Position numbers and translations under genes: made by a program | Shown here: positions 10,218-20,556 of the stretch, in pieces | Layout of the letters: each line of letters begins with the position of its first letter | How positions within the stretch are numbered: position 1 is the stretch's first letter | Source: Bacteroidales bacterium | GTDB taxonomy: Bacteria; Bacteroidota; Bacteroidia; Bacteroidales; UBA12077 | Assembly: GCA_036351015.1 (NCBI GenBank) | Contig: JAZBOG010000024.1 | Span: forward strand, 34,675-98,674 | DNA: 64,000 nt | Direction: 5' to 3' | Notes under the pieces: model-generated | Database searches by the model: none | Told to the model about the DNA's origin: nothing | The model's input: only the letters and a program-made list of their open reading frames with translations

Positions 10218-11098
10218 TGATTAAGGGGCCAGGGCAAATTATTCTGTTTATAAACACTAAAAAAAACCGGTTTGGCATCAAAACCTGAGAAAAAACGTGC
10301 CAGTCCCTGAACATTTCCTCCCTCAAAATCGAGGATATAATCCCGGGCAGCATATTTTTTAATGATCGAATCAATGATTAAAAACATGGCCGACTTTTTC
10401 TTCCCCTGTTCATTTGATGATGACACCAACATGGTTATTCGATTTTTAAAGATAACAAAAAAAGCGGCAGCGATTAAACTTCCTTCTTGATTATAAACAC
10501 CAATACTTTCGAAACGGGTTCTGTTCTGAATAGCATGCATCAAAGAATGTAATAGTGCATACTGCCACTCACTGAGAGAATTCACAGGGTTTGCCTTTTT
10601 AAACCTCCAGACAACGTCAGCATCCAGATTAGATCGCAGGGATAAGGATTGGTGAAGGGCTTTTTTAACATTTCGTTTGGTATTCTTATGATACTTTTCA
10701 AAAAGTTGCTCATAATTTCTCTTCAACGAGAGCTCATAATTTTTTCTAACAACAGAAGCTTTAAAACTCCTATTCTCCGGATTAAGCTGAAGATTGATCA
10801 ATCGAAAATGATTGTTAAGATGATTCAAGAAGTCACCGTCAGGCTCTTTCCCTGACTGCACAAACACCCCCAGTTGCTGACAGAAAGGAGGTTGTACCAG
10901 GTACTTTAATCCAAATTTTTGCTTTACCGGCAAGGGCATTACCGCCTCATAATCACCCAATACGAGCGCATTCCATCCGGGCGATACCACATCGAGATAC
11001 CAGGAAAGAGCATAAACCAAACCATTGGGTGATTTTTGTATCGCAAAATCCCACTGTTGCTTATCGATATAATAATGTTTTAGATGATCTATTTTCAA
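10208..11098 (-). CDS. GNAT / FemAB-like acyl- or aminoacyl-transferase
   Basis: YALSWYLDVV, QPPFCQQLG, KNTKRNVKKA, LDFEGGNVQGLARFF. Confidence 0.8.
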   Translation of the reverse strand: MKIDHLKHYYIDKQQWDFAIQKSPNGLVYALSWYLDVVSPGWNALVLGDYEAVMPLPVKQKFGLKYLVQPPFCQQLGVFVQSGKEPDGDFLNHLNNHFRLINLQLNPENRSFKASVVRKNYELSLKRNYEQLFEKYHKNTKRNVKKALHQSLSLRSNLDADVVWRFKKANPVNSLSEWQYALLHSLMHAIQNRTRFESIGVYNQEGSLIAAAFFVIFKNRITMLVSSSNEQGKKKSAMFLIIDSIIKKYAARDYILDFEGGNVQGLARFFSGFDAKPVFFSVYKQNNLPWPLNHWI

Positions 11099-11126
11099 AA
11101 GATCTTTTCTTTTGTGCTGTAAAATA

Positions 11127-11345
11127 TTATTCTTTTAGATTCTTTCTATTATTGCGTTCAGCCTCTATTTTATTGGCCCATAATCCTAATCCTGCCATAA
11201 TCAATCCAATGATGATCGTAAGATAATCTGTCCGGTTGTTCTGAAATGACAAGTCGGAATAGTCGATAAAAAAAAGAGCTCCAAGGCTTATAGCCAACAC
11301 AATAATCACCAGCAACAGCCTGAATTTCATAAAAGGTGTCATCAT
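11127..11345 (-). CDS. Small two-helix membrane protein
   Basis: 72 aa, two hydrophobic segments, fills the gap in a co-directional run. Confidence 0.6.
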   Translation of the reverse strand: MMTPFMKFRLLLVIIVLAISLGALFFIDYSDLSFQNNRTDYLTIIIGLIMAGLGLWANKIEAERNNRKNLKE

Positions 11346-11357
11346 TAAATAATTTAT

Positions 11358-12662
11358 TTACTTTTCAAAAATAATCTCCAGCATTTTTTTATACACGGGC
11401 TCCCATCCTTTCCAGTGGCCATGATCACTTACCGACTCATTATGCCACAAACTAATAAAGGTACCGTTTACCTGCTTAACTTTTTGAATAATCTTCTCAA
11501 TTTTTTGCACAGCCTCTTCAATATTTAATTTTAAATACCGATTCAGTGTGGTATCCATCACATGGAAAGGGAAAATTTCCAGTCCGGTTTCTTTTTCGTT
11601 ATACAAATCATAAAAGTTAAACGGGGTACAGGTTCCAGCCCTAAAACCTACATCCGTTGCATAGCCCAGGGTATAATCCTGTTTTACTCCCAGCTGAATT
11701 AAATTCTGATAGGTTTCGGTAAACATCAGTTTCAAATAGTGCTGCCGGCTCTTAGTTACAGGTTTCCGGATGATTCCCGATAAATAATCATACTCTTTTT
11801 TCAGCTGACTAAAACTTTTATTGGATTCGTACGATGGATGAATCCCTATTTCTGCCCGTTGGGAGATTTCTTTGATCAGCTGCTGAAAGGCTTCATTATC
11901 GAGGGGTAAATTTTTATCGTAGGTATTGTAGTTTCCTACCAGGAAAAACCAGATGGGATCGATCTTATATTTCTGATGCAGGGCATCGAGGTATCCATAG
12001 GTATCAAAGGGGTCTTTTTCGCCATTGAGTGTTTGAAAGCGTTTGATGTTTTCGTCCACATCGAGCCTAAACAAATCGCGCATGGCAGCTCCCAATGTAC
12101 GCACGGTTCCTTTGTAGAGATAGGCATAGGCATTATCCACATCAATGGTAGAGAGATAATTAAATTCCCGCTCACAGGGTTTAAATCCGGGGTATCTTTG
12201 TTGAAGCATTTCGCCCAGCATACAAGCCCACTGGTCAACCACAGGGTCGTACAAAAACCCATGCTGTCCGGCCAGTCTCTGTCCGGCCTCAAACCTTCCA
12301 TGCTGATCGGCACTAAAAGGCAGATACTCCTCGTAACGACTGATCAGATAAAAGCCTGCCGCAAAAATATCAAATGGGATATCTGCATGGCTATGATCTT
12401 CGAAAAATATTTTGTGGCCGTTCCATTCCGAAACCTCTATTTTCTTTTGCAAAATATTCGATTCGAAAAGCAAGTCTGCCGGTTCGATATGAATACACTG
12501 CTCAAAGCGCTGGGTGGAATAATTAATTTTTGGTAAAACGGAATTTTTAAATTCTTGCGGATCATGGGTGATATTAAAATGAACCCCCAGGATGCGGTTA
12601 AAAATAAACTTAAGAATATTCTCAAGCCTTGGCGACGTATGGGATGAATAAATCAGTATCAA
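11358..12662 (-). CDS. Polysaccharide deacetylase family protein (Bacteroidota type, with N-terminal extension)
   Basis: TIDVDNAY, EIGIHPSY, RQHYL, GFRAGTC, LWHNES; TTG start. Confidence 0.85.
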   Translation of the reverse strand: MILIYSSHTSPRLENILKFIFNRILGVHFNITHDPQEFKNSVLPKINYSTQRFEQCIHIEPADLLFESNILQKKIEVSEWNGHKIFFEDHSHADIPFDIFAAGFYLISRYEEYLPFSADQHGRFEAGQRLAGQHGFLYDPVVDQWACMLGEMLQQRYPGFKPCEREFNYLSTIDVDNAYAYLYKGTVRTLGAAMRDLFRLDVDENIKRFQTLNGEKDPFDTYGYLDALHQKYKIDPIWFFLVGNYNTYDKNLPLDNEAFQQLIKEISQRAEIGIHPSYESNKSFSQLKKEYDYLSGIIRKPVTKSRQHYLKLMFTETYQNLIQLGVKQDYTLGYATDVGFRAGTCTPFNFYDLYNEKETGLEIFPFHVMDTTLNRYLKLNIEEAVQKIEKIIQKVKQVNGTFISLWHNESVSDHGHWKGWEPVYKKMLEIIFEK

Positions 12663-12684
12663 TTTTTCAGGGTTTTGGTTTATC

Positions 12685-12692
12685 CAAATTTA
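12685..12692 (-). promoter_or_regulatory. -7 promoter box for the deacetylase/GNAT unit
   Basis: Minus strand TAAATTTG matches TAnnTTTG. Confidence 0.55.
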
Positions 12693-12705
12693 CAAAATTT
12701 ATTCA

Positions 12706-15183
12706 TCATTCAAATTCTACAATGGTAATTCCCGAGCCGCCAAACTGAACACTTTCGTCGTGGTAATTTTTAACCAGGTCAACCGTTTCGAGGTACTGCC
12801 GGATGAGCTGGCGTAAGATGCCATCGCCCTTGCCATGTAAAATCTTTACGGTACCCATATTGATCATCATAGCCTCATCAATAAAATCTCGAACCTCCTG
12901 CAGGGCCTCATCAGCACGTTTGCCACGAACGTCAATTTCCGGTTTAAACTTCAATCGTTTCTCGCCAAAATCCCATGTGGTTGACGACGTTTTTTCGGAG
13001 ATTCCGGTCATTTGCCGGTACTTTTTCTCAGAGATCTTCTCCAGTCGTTTTTTATCCAACGTAGTGATCATATTCCCAAAGGCCACCATAATGCTTTGTC
13101 CGTTTACATCCAGCACCTCCCCTGCTGAATCCTGTCCGTACAATCTTACTTTATCCCCTTTTTCGAAAACATCAGCTCTTTCTTTCGGTTCAATGGTTTC
13201 ATTCACTGACTGCCGGGGTTCTTTTTTTCTTTTTTCGCGACGTTTCAGTTTTTCTATCTTACGTTGTATTTTATCCTCTTTTTCAGTGTCAAACGTTGCC
13301 AGCTGTTCCTTAAATCCGTCAAGCTGTTTTCGTGCATTCTTCGTTTGTTCTTTTTCGGCCTGGCTTTCACGGATTTTACGGATGGTATTTTCAATGCGTT
13401 TATTCACCTCATCGAGCATTTGCCGGGCCTCCTCCCGGGCTTTCTGAACAATCTCCTTTCGTAATTTACCGGCATCCTCCAGTTCGGCCGAATAATCTGC
13501 AATCAGTCGCTCCAGTTTTTTTTCTGATTTACGAACACTTTCACGTTTGGATTCCCAGTATCGTTTATCGCGGATAATATCTTTCAGGTTCCTGTCAAAA
13601 TCAATATGATCTTTCCCGATTTTGGCCGTAGCTGACTGAAGGATATCTTCGGGTAGCCCTATTTTACGGGCAATTTCAAAAGCAAAAGAACTGCCCGGCT
13701 CTCCGATCGACAGTTTAAACAACGGCTGAATCTTATCGGTATCAAAGAGCATGGCACCGTTTTCAATACCTGTTGCCGAGGAGGCAAAATGTTTAAGGTT
13801 GGTATAATGGGTTGTAATTACACCGAAGGCTTTTTTGCGGTTTAATGCATCCAGGATGGATTCGGCGATAGCCCCTCCCAGCATTGGTTCGGTACCCGAA
13901 CCAAACTCATCAATCAACAGTAAGGTTTTAGAGTTTGCAGATCGGATAAAATTTTTCATGTTCATCAAATGCGAGCTATAAGTACTCAAATCATTTTCGA
14001 TGGATTGATCATCTCCTATATTGATGTATAAATTTTGAAATACTCCTATTTCGGAATTCTCGTGCATCGGAACCAACAATCCACACTGAAACATATACTG
14101 TAATAACCCGACGGTTTGCAGGCAAACCGACTTACCCCCGGCATTAGGTCCTGAAATTAAGAGGATCCGCTGCTGATCGTCATTAAGCTCAATATCCAAA
14201 GGAACAACCTGCCGGTTTTCTTCCTTAAAAGACAAAAACAACAACGGGTGTACTGCCTGCTGCCACTTTAAGCAGGGACGATGAACAAAAACCGGCTTAA
14301 TGCCATTGATCTTGTTTGCCAACAATGCTTTGGACCGGATAAAGTCGATGGTACCCATAAAATCATAGGCCAGCAGCAGGTCCTCACCATAAGGCCGGAG
14401 ATCATTGGCAAAAGAGGTTAATATTTTAAGGACTTCCCGTTTCTCGGCGTAGTATAACTCGCGGATATCATTATTTAATTCTACAATTTCTGTGGGTTCA
14501 ATATAAGCTGTTTTCCCGGTAGCCGATTCATCCAGGATCAATCCTTTAATTTTTCGCTTATTGGAAGCATCTACCGGGATGGTGGCCCTGCCATCACGTA
14601 TCGACAGGCTAACCTCCTGATCGACAAGGCCTGATTTCTGGGCTTCTTTCAAAATTGCATGCAACCGTTTGGATACCGTGCTTTCTTTTTGACTGATCTC
14701 TTTCCGGATAGTATTTAGTTCGGGGGATGCATTATCTTTTATTTTTCCATCACGGGTGATAATTGCATCCATCCGTTCAAAGAGAAATGGGTATAATCTT
14801 ACATGTCCGGTTAACTGCTGTAAGGAAGGGTATTTATTTTCTTCCTGGCGGGCTTTAAAAAACTTAAGAATCGCCCGGATGGTTTCAAGCGAACGTTTCA
14901 GATCAAACAATTCTTCGGGTAAAAGATAGGTTCCTTCAACCCTTATCTTTTTTATGGCATCGGTAAGGTCGAAAAAATGATTGAGCGGGAAACTTTCTTC
15001 CATCGCCATGATCTGCTTGAATTCATCCACCTGGCTTATCAGGGTCTGAATAAAAGAAAAATTTTTCGAGAAACGGATTTTATCCACCCGGTTTCGCCCC
15101 AGGTTACTTAAACATCCTCCTTTGAGCATTTCCCGGATTTTATCAAATCCTATTTTTTGTTCAAAATTTTCTGGGTATAGCAC
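12706..15183 (-). CDS. mutS2: Endonuclease MutS2
   Basis: ISGPNAGGKS Walker A, DEFGSGTEP, coiled coil, C-terminal Smr domain ILHGKGDGILR. Confidence 0.95.
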   Translation of the reverse strand: MLYPENFEQKIGFDKIREMLKGGCLSNLGRNRVDKIRFSKNFSFIQTLISQVDEFKQIMAMEESFPLNHFFDLTDAIKKIRVEGTYLLPEELFDLKRSLETIRAILKFFKARQEENKYPSLQQLTGHVRLYPFLFERMDAIITRDGKIKDNASPELNTIRKEISQKESTVSKRLHAILKEAQKSGLVDQEVSLSIRDGRATIPVDASNKRKIKGLILDESATGKTAYIEPTEIVELNNDIRELYYAEKREVLKILTSFANDLRPYGEDLLLAYDFMGTIDFIRSKALLANKINGIKPVFVHRPCLKWQQAVHPLLFLSFKEENRQVVPLDIELNDDQQRILLISGPNAGGKSVCLQTVGLLQYMFQCGLLVPMHENSEIGVFQNLYINIGDDQSIENDLSTYSSHLMNMKNFIRSANSKTLLLIDEFGSGTEPMLGGAIAESILDALNRKKAFGVITTHYTNLKHFASSATGIENGAMLFDTDKIQPLFKLSIGEPGSSFAFEIARKIGLPEDILQSATAKIGKDHIDFDRNLKDIIRDKRYWESKRESVRKSEKKLERLIADYSAELEDAGKLRKEIVQKAREEARQMLDEVNKRIENTIRKIRESQAEKEQTKNARKQLDGFKEQLATFDTEKEDKIQRKIEKLKRREKRKKEPRQSVNETIEPKERADVFEKGDKVRLYGQDSAGEVLDVNGQSIMVAFGNMITTLDKKRLEKISEKKYRQMTGISEKTSSTTWDFGEKRLKFKPEIDVRGKRADEALQEVRDFIDEAMMINMGTVKILHGKGDGILRQLIRQYLETVDLVKNYHDESVQFGGSGITIVEFE

Positions 15184-15212
15184 TATTTACCAATTTATCA
15201 TATAACCGACTG

Positions 15213-15220
15213 CAAAAATA
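15213..15220 (-). promoter_or_regulatory. -7 promoter box for mutS2
   Basis: Minus strand TATTTTTG about 30 nt before the GTG start. Confidence 0.55.
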
Positions 15221-15304
15221 ACATTTAACCTGATGTATTCATAAATTAATATTTGATATTTTCCATGATCTGCTTTACTTTTAAAAGATTAAAAATGTCG
15301 CAAT

Positions 15305-16057
15305 ATGAATTACAGTAAGCACAGAACAATTCTATGGATCACCCTTTTTGCCCTTTCGATGGGAGTATTCGAAGGTTCAATAGTAGTATACCTGCGGGCA
15401 TTGTATTACCCCGAAGGCTTTGCCTTTCCGCTCCAGCCTATGGATCATCATATTGCCCTTACCGAATTGGTTCGAGAACTGGCCTCGCTTTTGATGCTTT
15501 TAAGTGTTGCCATCCTTGCCGGCAGGAATTTGTCCCAACGATTTGGCTGGTTTCTTTATACCTTTGCGGTTTGGGATATTGTATACTATATCCATTTATG
15601 GCTGTTCTTAGGATGGCCCGAAAGTTTACTCACCTGGGATATCCTGTTTTTACTTCCGGTAGCCTGGACCGGACCGGTAATAACCCCGGTGATTATTTCG
15701 GCATTAATGATTACCCTTTCCCTGATAATCTATAATTTCAACCTGAAATCCGGAAATAAAACAAAAATCAACCGTAAGGAGTGGATTTTATTAATTGCGG
15801 GAGCATCCATCGTTTTTCTTTCGTTTATCTGGGATTATTGCCGCTTCCTAATCCGGAATCTACCGCAGGAGGAGCTTCACCAAAAATCTTTGCGTGATCA
15901 ACTTTTTGATTTGTCGGCACAATATATTCCTGTTCAATTTCCATGGGGCATCTTTCTTTTGGGAGTACTTGTGCTCATTTTTTCTTTCTGGCGATTTTAC
16001 CGAAGGAATAAGGTTATACCGAATACATCCCAAAAAAAAGCTGCCAATAGTTATTGA
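15305..16057 (+). CDS. Conserved hypothetical integral membrane protein
   Basis: About 6 TM segments, VVYLRALYYPEGFAFPL and WDILFLLPVAWTGPV motifs. Confidence 0.8.
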   Translation: MNYSKHRTILWITLFALSMGVFEGSIVVYLRALYYPEGFAFPLQPMDHHIALTELVRELASLLMLLSVAILAGRNLSQRFGWFLYTFAVWDIVYYIHLWLFLGWPESLLTWDILFLLPVAWTGPVITPVIISALMITLSLIIYNFNLKSGNKTKINRKEWILLIAGASIVFLSFIWDYCRFLIRNLPQEELHQKSLRDQLFDLSAQYIPVQFPWGIFLLGVLVLIFSFWRFYRRNKVIPNTSQKKAANSY

Positions 16058-16086
16058 CAGCTTAATCATCCCATGATAAAATTATT

Positions 16087-18213
16087 TTACTTTTCAATGC
16101 CCAGTTGCTGGAACATAAAGGCATATTCCATAGCATACTCCTTTAAGGCTTCAAATCTTCCGGAAGCACCTCCATGTCCTGCTTTCATATTGGTATGCAG
16201 CAGCAATACATGATCATCGGTTTTCGTATCGCGTAATTTGGCAACCCACTTAGCGGGTTCCCAGTATTGTACCTGCGAGTCATGCAAACCGGTTGTAACC
16301 AGCATTGCTGGATAATCCTGGGCTTTAACCTGGTCGTAGGGCGAATAGGAAAGCATATAATCATAATATTCTTTCACCTTAGGATTACCCCACTCATCAA
16401 ACTCACTGGTTGTTAGCGGGATACTTTCATCGAGCATGGTGGTTACCACATCCACAAAAGGAACGGCAGCAATTACCCCCTTATACAGTTCGGGTTGCAG
16501 GTTTACGATAGCTCCCATTAATAAACCTCCCGCGCTACCTCCCATGGCGAAAAGTTTCTCCGGATTGGTATAGTTCTGCTCAATCAGATATTCGGCACAA
16601 TCGTTAAAATCGGTAAATGTATTCATCTTTTTCAGCAATTTACCATCCTCGTACCACTGACGGCCAAGGTATTGACTTCCGCGGATATGAGCAATGGCAT
16701 ATACAAAACCACGATCCAGCAGGCTTAAACGTACGGAACTAAAGTAAGGCCCCATCGTGGCCCCATACGAACCATATCCGTAGAGTAATGCAGGATTACT
16801 ACCATCGAGTTTAATCCCTTTACGGTATACTACAGACATAGGAATTTTTGTGCCATCATCGGCAGTTGCCCACAATCTTTTGGTTTCATAATTCGATGGA
16901 TTAAAATCCCCAAGGACCTCCTGTTGTTTTTTTAATTCACGCTCGCGTGTTTTCATGTTATAATCGAAGGTAGAGGCCGGTGTGGTCATGGAAGTATACC
17001 CAAACCGTAAAACATCCGTATCAAAATCGGGGTTTGTTGACACATAAGCCATATAAACCTCTTCGTCGAATTCAATATAATATTCATCGTTTGATTGCCA
17101 GTCAATTACTCTAATGTTATTTAATCCATTGTTTCGTTCTTCAACAACCAGGTAATTTTTAAAGATCTCCACGCCTTCCAGGAAAACATCTTCGCGGTGG
17201 GGAATTACCTGCTCCCAGTTCTCTTTGGTTGTTTTATGAACCGGTGTTCGCATCAAACGAAAGTTTTTGGCATTTAAATTGGTTCGGATATAAAAATAAT
17301 CACCAAAATGATTCACATCATATTCCAAACCCCGTTCCCGTGGCTGTATCATTTTAAAATCACCGTCAGGGGTATTGGCATCCAGGAATCTATATTCATT
17401 AGACAAGGTACTATTTGAACTTATAATCAAATATTTTTGTGATTTGGATTTATAAATTCCAGTACTAAATGTTTCATCCTCTTCATGATAAATCTCCTGA
17501 TCCATAGAAGAAGGGTTGCCCAGTTTATGTTTAAAAATTTTAAATGAGCGAAGCGTTTCGTCATCTTTCTGGGTATAGAAAAATGTTTCGCTATTGTTTG
17601 CCCAGGCAGCATAACCGGTTGTCAAAGGAACTTCATCAGGTAAAATCTCACCGGTTTCAAGGTTTTTAACATGAATCGTGTATTTTCTGCGGCTTACCGT
17701 GTCGACACCAAAGGCCAGTAGTTGATTGTCCGGGCTCACGTTAATCCCATTGACCTGGTAATAGCTATGGCCCTGGGCCATTGTATTCACATCGAGCATC
17801 ACCTCTTCGCCAGCCGTTAAAGTTCCCTTCTTACGACAGTAGACGGGATATTCTTTACCTTCTTCGTATCGTGTATAGTAGTAGTATCCATTAAAGAAAT
17901 AGGGTACAGACTGATCATTTTCCTTGATCCGGGATTTCATTTCCTCAAAAAGATTTTCCTGCAGCTCCTCAGTTGGCTTTAATACCGATTCGGTATACCT
18001 GTTTTCAGCTTCAAGATATTCAATCACCTCGGGATTCTCCCGGTCATTTAACCAGTAGTAATTGTCTATCCGCGTATCCCCGTGAATAGTTAACTCTTTC
18101 GGCTTTTTCATCGCATCAGGGGGTTGAATGTTTTTGGTATTTTTACATCCTGTAATCATAAGTAATCCTAAAAAAATAATCACAGAAACTTTGAATAAAT
18201 TTTTATCTCTCAT
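16087..18213 (-). CDS. ptrB: Oligopeptidase B (S9A), predicted lipoprotein
   Basis: GGSAGG nucleophile, HDSQVQYWEPAKW, GHGGASGR; lipobox ITGC. Confidence 0.93.
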   Translation of the reverse strand: MRDKNLFKVSVIIFLGLLMITGCKNTKNIQPPDAMKKPKELTIHGDTRIDNYYWLNDRENPEVIEYLEAENRYTESVLKPTEELQENLFEEMKSRIKENDQSVPYFFNGYYYYTRYEEGKEYPVYCRKKGTLTAGEEVMLDVNTMAQGHSYYQVNGINVSPDNQLLAFGVDTVSRRKYTIHVKNLETGEILPDEVPLTTGYAAWANNSETFFYTQKDDETLRSFKIFKHKLGNPSSMDQEIYHEEDETFSTGIYKSKSQKYLIISSNSTLSNEYRFLDANTPDGDFKMIQPRERGLEYDVNHFGDYFYIRTNLNAKNFRLMRTPVHKTTKENWEQVIPHREDVFLEGVEIFKNYLVVEERNNGLNNIRVIDWQSNDEYYIEFDEEVYMAYVSTNPDFDTDVLRFGYTSMTTPASTFDYNMKTRERELKKQQEVLGDFNPSNYETKRLWATADDGTKIPMSVVYRKGIKLDGSNPALLYGYGSYGATMGPYFSSVRLSLLDRGFVYAIAHIRGSQYLGRQWYEDGKLLKKMNTFTDFNDCAEYLIEQNYTNPEKLFAMGGSAGGLLMGAIVNLQPELYKGVIAAVPFVDVVTTMLDESIPLTTSEFDEWGNPKVKEYYDYMLSYSPYDQVKAQDYPAMLVTTGLHDSQVQYWEPAKWVAKLRDTKTDDHVLLLHTNMKAGHGGASGRFEALKEYAMEYAFMFQQLGIEK

Positions 18214-18317
18214 TTCAGTTAATTTTTATTGTATAATACTGACGTAAATATAATTTATTTCTATTGATTTTGTTATCCATAATATTTAGAATTATTTTTG
18301 AAAATAAAAAACATCAC

Positions 18318-18524
18318 ATGTCCAATCAAAAGAAACTAACCCGTTCGCGTAACCAGGTTATTGCCGGTGTTTGTGCCGGTATTGCCGAATATTTTGGATG
18401 GGACACAGGCCTGGTTCGTATTATTTACCTGGTTTTAAGCATCTTCAGCGCAGCATTCCCGGGAATCATTGTATATATCATCCTGTGGATTGTAATGCCT
18501 GAAGAAGACCGGCTAATTTACTAA
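18318..18524 (+). CDS. pspC: PspC domain protein
   Basis: KKLTRSRNQVIAGVCAGIAEYFG...YIILWIVMPEE; start moved to ATG 18318. Confidence 0.88.
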   Translation: MSNQKKLTRSRNQVIAGVCAGIAEYFGWDTGLVRIIYLVLSIFSAAFPGIIVYIILWIVMPEEDRLIY

Positions 18525-18532
18525 TTTGCTGT

Positions 18533-20332
18533 TTACCCGGTCATATAAGCCACCGACACTGCTCCTCGCCCGGCACTTAACCCAATCACGGGAGATATAT
18601 TTACCACCGACACAGGATCTTTTCCTGTTAAAGCTTTCATTTTATCGATATACCATTTGGCTCCCTCCAGATTATTGGCATGTAAGACAATATAATTCCA
18701 TAATTTTTTCTCTTGCAATTGATTTTCGATGTGCCTGATCACTTTTTTCATATTTCCCTTCTGGCTAAAGGCTTTATCAAAAAGCGTGGAGGTTCCGTCC
18801 GGATTCATGGAAACAATTGGTTTTACATTCATCAGGGAGGCCAGTTTTTCTTTCATAGGGCTAACCCTTCCGCCCCGAACCATGTATTTTAAGTTTTTAA
18901 CACTTACCAGAATCTTTGACTGATTAATCCAGGGGTCAATCTGTTGTAAAATGGTATCATGAGGGGTTCCCTTTTCAATTTCCCGGGCTATCCTTAAAAT
19001 AATTAATCCCAGAGCACCCGAAAGGTTACGGGAATCAATCACCGTTATTTTTTTATTGAATTCCTTACTGATTTTTTCGGCTGATTTAACACTGTTGTTA
19101 TAAGTTCCGCTAAATTTACTGGTAAGATGCACCGCAATGATTGAGTCATAATGAGATGCCAGGTAAGCATAAAGGTTTTCAAATGCTTTCTCATTGGGTT
19201 GTGCGGTTTTTGCAAACTCCTTGTGCTGATCAACCAAATCATAAAAATGTTCAGGATGCATGGTTACTTTATCCAGGTAATGATTTTCGCCAATAAAAAT
19301 ATTAATGGGAATAAAATGGATCTGATGCTCATCGATTAAATCGGGCGACAAGTCACAGGATGTATCTGTAACCAGGGCAATTTTATGTTTGCGGTGATGA
19401 GCCACTTCATATTGGCGGTACATATCATCCGCTTTCTGGTAGGTCATCACGCCAAAATCTTTAACCGCGTTAAAAAGATCCTGGGGTCGGTCGGTATGTA
19501 TATGGATACGAACCATTTTTTCAGAACCGGCAATAACCAATGAATCGCCATAAGGTTTAATAACATTTCTTAACTCGGACTTATTAATCTTTTCGCTTTT
19601 GATAAGGGCTTCGGTACAATAACGATAGGTAAGGGTTTCATGGGAAATGGAATCGTCAAAATTAAGCTCTATGGCATCCTGTTGTGAAACAATCAGTTTA
19701 CGAATATCTTTGGTTTTAATTAATTCCATGATTCCTTCGAGGAATAACACAAACCCTTTGGCTCCTGCATCCACAACATTTGATTTCGCCAGGATTTTTA
19801 ATTTCTGGGTTGTTTCGGACAATGATTTTTTAGCCACCTGATAAGATTCAATCAGCAGTTCCTGGAAATCCTTCACTTTTTCTTTGCTCAAATAAATATG
19901 TTCGGCCCATTCGCGGATCACGGTCAGCATAGTTCCCTCAACCGGTTCGGCAATAGCTTCATATACATAGTCGACAGCATTTTTAACCGATTGAGCAAAC
20001 TTTTCGATGTTCATCTCTACACAATCACAGGTTTCATTGCTAGTTCCGTAAAGAAACTGGGCAAAAATCACCCCTGAATTTCCTCTTGCCCCATCTAATG
20101 CAGCGCTGGCAATAGAATCAGCGGTCTCCTTATAGGATTTATCAGGACTGATTTTTTCAATGATCGAACGAATGGTTGAGGCCAGGTTTGACCCTGTATC
20201 AGCATCAGGTACAGGAAATACATTAATATCATTCAACTCTTTTTGATGTTCGATGATTTTATGCGCACCTGCCAAAAAGATATAATATAAATTTTTCCCG
20301 GTAAGCCGGTTAATATTTTCTGAAAGTCCCAT
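18533..20332 (-). CDS. DAK2 (FakA-like) plus DegV (FakB-like) fusion, putative fatty acid kinase
   Basis: N-terminal INVFPVPDADTGSNL, GARGNSGVIFAQF, PVEGTMLTV, VVDAGAKG, HIH; C-terminal IALVTDTSCDL, SGTYN, VIDSR, GGRV. Confidence 0.9.
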   Translation of the reverse strand: MGLSENINRLTGKNLYYIFLAGAHKIIEHQKELNDINVFPVPDADTGSNLASTIRSIIEKISPDKSYKETADSIASAALDGARGNSGVIFAQFLYGTSNETCDCVEMNIEKFAQSVKNAVDYVYEAIAEPVEGTMLTVIREWAEHIYLSKEKVKDFQELLIESYQVAKKSLSETTQKLKILAKSNVVDAGAKGFVLFLEGIMELIKTKDIRKLIVSQQDAIELNFDDSISHETLTYRYCTEALIKSEKINKSELRNVIKPYGDSLVIAGSEKMVRIHIHTDRPQDLFNAVKDFGVMTYQKADDMYRQYEVAHHRKHKIALVTDTSCDLSPDLIDEHQIHFIPINIFIGENHYLDKVTMHPEHFYDLVDQHKEFAKTAQPNEKAFENLYAYLASHYDSIIAVHLTSKFSGTYNNSVKSAEKISKEFNKKITVIDSRNLSGALGLIILRIAREIEKGTPHDTILQQIDPWINQSKILVSVKNLKYMVRGGRVSPMKEKLASLMNVKPIVSMNPDGTSTLFDKAFSQKGNMKKVIRHIENQLQEKKLWNYIVLHANNLEGAKWYIDKMKALTGKDPVSVVNISPVIGLSAGRGAVSVAYMTG

Positions 20333-20351
20333 TTTTAATCATTTACTTTAT

Positions 20352-20359
20352 CAAAAATA
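20352..20359 (-). promoter_or_regulatory. -7 promoter box for the DAK2-DegV gene
   Basis: Minus strand TATTTTTG 20 nt before the ATG. Confidence 0.55.
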
Positions 20360-20556
20360 CAGGTTTTGAATATATTTTTTTACCAATCATTAAACAAACA
20401 ACAATGTTTAATAAATTGTTGTGAAAAATAAAATAATTTTCGTCAATAATAATTATAAAATAATCAAAGTACAATTAACATTTTTTGCTTTTGCTGATAT
20501 TTTTAAATAATTTATCCCAAAAATTTATTCAACCTAACCTATGTTTATCATTCAGC

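Noticed and set aside
12803-13447. 214-aa Ser/Phe-rich plus-strand ORF
   Set aside because: Antisense to the Lys/Glu-rich coiled coil of mutS2, which explains its composition.
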